Positions 62,442 through 64,000 of a stretch of DNA of 64,000 nucleotides are shown piece by piece. Numbering within the stretch: the stretch's first letter is position 1; every line of letters starts with the position of its first letter. The notes under the pieces were generated by a model. It did not search any database. It was given only the letters and a program-made list of their open reading frames with translations, and had not been told where the DNA came from. The stretch covers positions 62,001-126,000 of the forward strand of contig VJWM01000220.1 of NCBI GenBank assembly GCA_010909165.1, in the 5' to 3' direction. The DNA comes from Anthoceros angustus (taxonomy: Eukaryota > Plantae > Anthocerotophyta). The position numbers were made by a program, and so were the translations under genes.

Positions 62442-63191
62442 ATGAAGAGTCTTACCAGTGAAGTGTTGGATCCGAATAATCAACGTATTGAGAAAACCGC
62501 CGCACAAGTACTTCAAACAACAACCAAACAATCAATGGCATTTTTGAGATGCCCCGTACTAATGCAGAAAATTTTCGAAATATTAGCATTAATTGGAATG
62601 TCTGAAAGCAATCTTCGACCATTTCTCCTAATTAGGGGTCCTGCCTTAAGGATCTTGTTTGAGAATTCAGTGAGAAAAATAAATGAAGTTTTACAAGCTC
62701 CCTTAGTTTGGAAGCTTCGTCAAGGGCAACCGAGAAACTCTGCAATCACATGGATAGGGCATGTGTTCCAAGACGTTACAGCAATAAAAAAGGCGTGGTG
62801 TATCGTCTACCAATATTTCTCACTCAACATAGTGTATAAAAACTATCATGAGGTCTTGATGCATATTATCACTTTCTTAGACCCAAAGGAGTTTCCATCA
62901 AAAGCTTCCTCATCAAGCATAGGGCAGCTGGAATTGTGGATTGTTGATAAATGCAGGGAACTTGATATTACCTCGGGCACCTTACATGAGACTTTAAAAC
63001 ATCCAAAGATTTTGGCCCTTGGGTCTACACTTGAGGAAAGCACTATTAGAGATATTGTGTTAAAGGCTAAGCTTTTGGAAAAGGTTGACGAGTTGGGATC
63101 TCTTATAGACTCTACGTTGGGAGACATCAAATCACGAGACTTTATTTTAGCTTCAATTTTAGCTGATTGTTGGGATGTCTTATATACTTAA
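62442..63191 (+). CDS. Hypothetical protein or exon, 249 aa, unrecognised
   Basis: 750-nt ATG-initiated ORF in AT-rich DNA, where chance ORFs are short. Helical, protein-like composition. Confidence 0.45.
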   Translation: MKSLTSEVLDPNNQRIEKTAAQVLQTTTKQSMAFLRCPVLMQKIFEILALIGMSESNLRPFLLIRGPALRILFENSVRKINEVLQAPLVWKLRQGQPRNSAITWIGHVFQDVTAIKKAWCIVYQYFSLNIVYKNYHEVLMHIITFLDPKEFPSKASSSSIGQLELWIVDKCRELDITSGTLHETLKHPKILALGSTLEESTIRDIVLKAKLLEKVDELGSLIDSTLGDIKSRDFILASILADCWDVLYT

Positions 63192-63461
63192 GGTTGAGAG
63201 ACCATTAATCGTGAGAAACCTAATTTAGCTTGGATGGTGGTAGATAATCTCACCCCATCTCTCCTTCCTCAATAAAGTGCAAGCAATAATAATTAGGTTT
63301 CTTAATTTCTAGTTTCTTGTTGGTTACTAATTACGTCGTTGAGCAAAGCGTCTCACAACATAAACACATATATTGGGAGGTACAAAACCTTGTATGAAAT
63401 TACTTTATTACATCGTATGATGTCATCATATTATGTTACGTTATGTTAGATTAGATTGTAC

Positions 63462-63910
63462 GGGGAAAAGAAGATTTTATCACAAAAAAAGAGATGAAAA
63501 AAACCCATCCACCCCAAAAACAAAGGGAGGAAAACCCAATGAAGGGCACCATGCCAGAGAGACTAGCCCCACGATCACGCATTTCAAAACTACCAACCGC
63601 CCAAAGAACTTCGTGGTCAAGGATGTGAAAAGACCTACTTACCACCGGTGTTAAAGAGGCTACATCTCCCGTGCTCGTTGTCGTTCTGTATATTGCGTTG
63701 GCCAACACCCTCTGCAGAGCGATGGAAACCCTCTGCCGGAAGAAACCAACAATACAAAAAAGGGGGAGGCCAACCCCATTCTTGCGGCTGTGATAAGCCT
63801 TGGCGCAGACCTTGACGAACCTAGAGAAATCCTTGACCATGGCTCCGTGAGTCTCGATGGCAAAAGATACAAAGGCGTGGCCGTCCTGGATAGGAGAGTA
63901 CTTGAGGACC
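63462..63910 (-). mobile_element. 5'-truncated CRE-like non-LTR fragment (RLE C-terminus and 3' UTR)
   Basis: KVLKY..HAFVSFAIETHG..FSRFVK..FFRQRVSIALQR. TSD ttagattgtac at 63451-63461 and 63911-63921. Confidence 0.82.
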
Positions 63911-64000
63911 TTAGATTGTACTAGGTTACAAATTATTGCATTGGATTGTCTTATGTTGGATTGCTTCATATTACTTTGTACATGTGTTCATGTTTATGTT

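Overview
Eukaryotic, land-plant-type DNA: PLS-class PPR remnants, plant-type Copia elements with an iMet PBS and an ELF9/Tat-SF1 gene. A non-seed plant is plausible but cannot be shown from this window. Positions 1-58188 are the right end of a tandem array of a ~28-kb segmental unit: the tail of U0 (1-1735), U1 (1736-30208) and U2 (30209-58188). Each unit carries about 7 intronless paralogues (P1-P7), mostly decayed, of a coiled-coil + C-terminal C3HC4 RING gene family. Their N-termini contain a repeated helical module (LAAxLKLLSDEELxExLEEQK...KLQxIRxERxER) that resembles ribosomal uL29 by eye. The paralogues nearly alternate in orientation and are interleaved with PPR debris. Three different Ty1/Copia elements are copy-specific: A (16807-21585) and B (22043-27935) in U1, and C (48221-55057) in U2. 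B and C sit 11 bp apart at the homologous site. A and C each carry an extra coiled-coil ORF between the PBS and gag, and C has TG...TA LTRs. Truncated CRE-like (RLE) non-LTR insertions with 10-12 bp TSDs occur at three independent sites. Unique DNA to the right holds an intronless ELF9/HTATSF1 homologue (59500-61125, minus) and an orphan 249-aa ORF. Caveat: roughly 8.8-26.6 kb and 41.7-47.9 kb show many small indels concentrated at CAG/CTG. These look like long-read consensus errors, so frameshifts there do not prove pseudogenisation. All alignments were made by eye, and the ends of decayed features are approximate.
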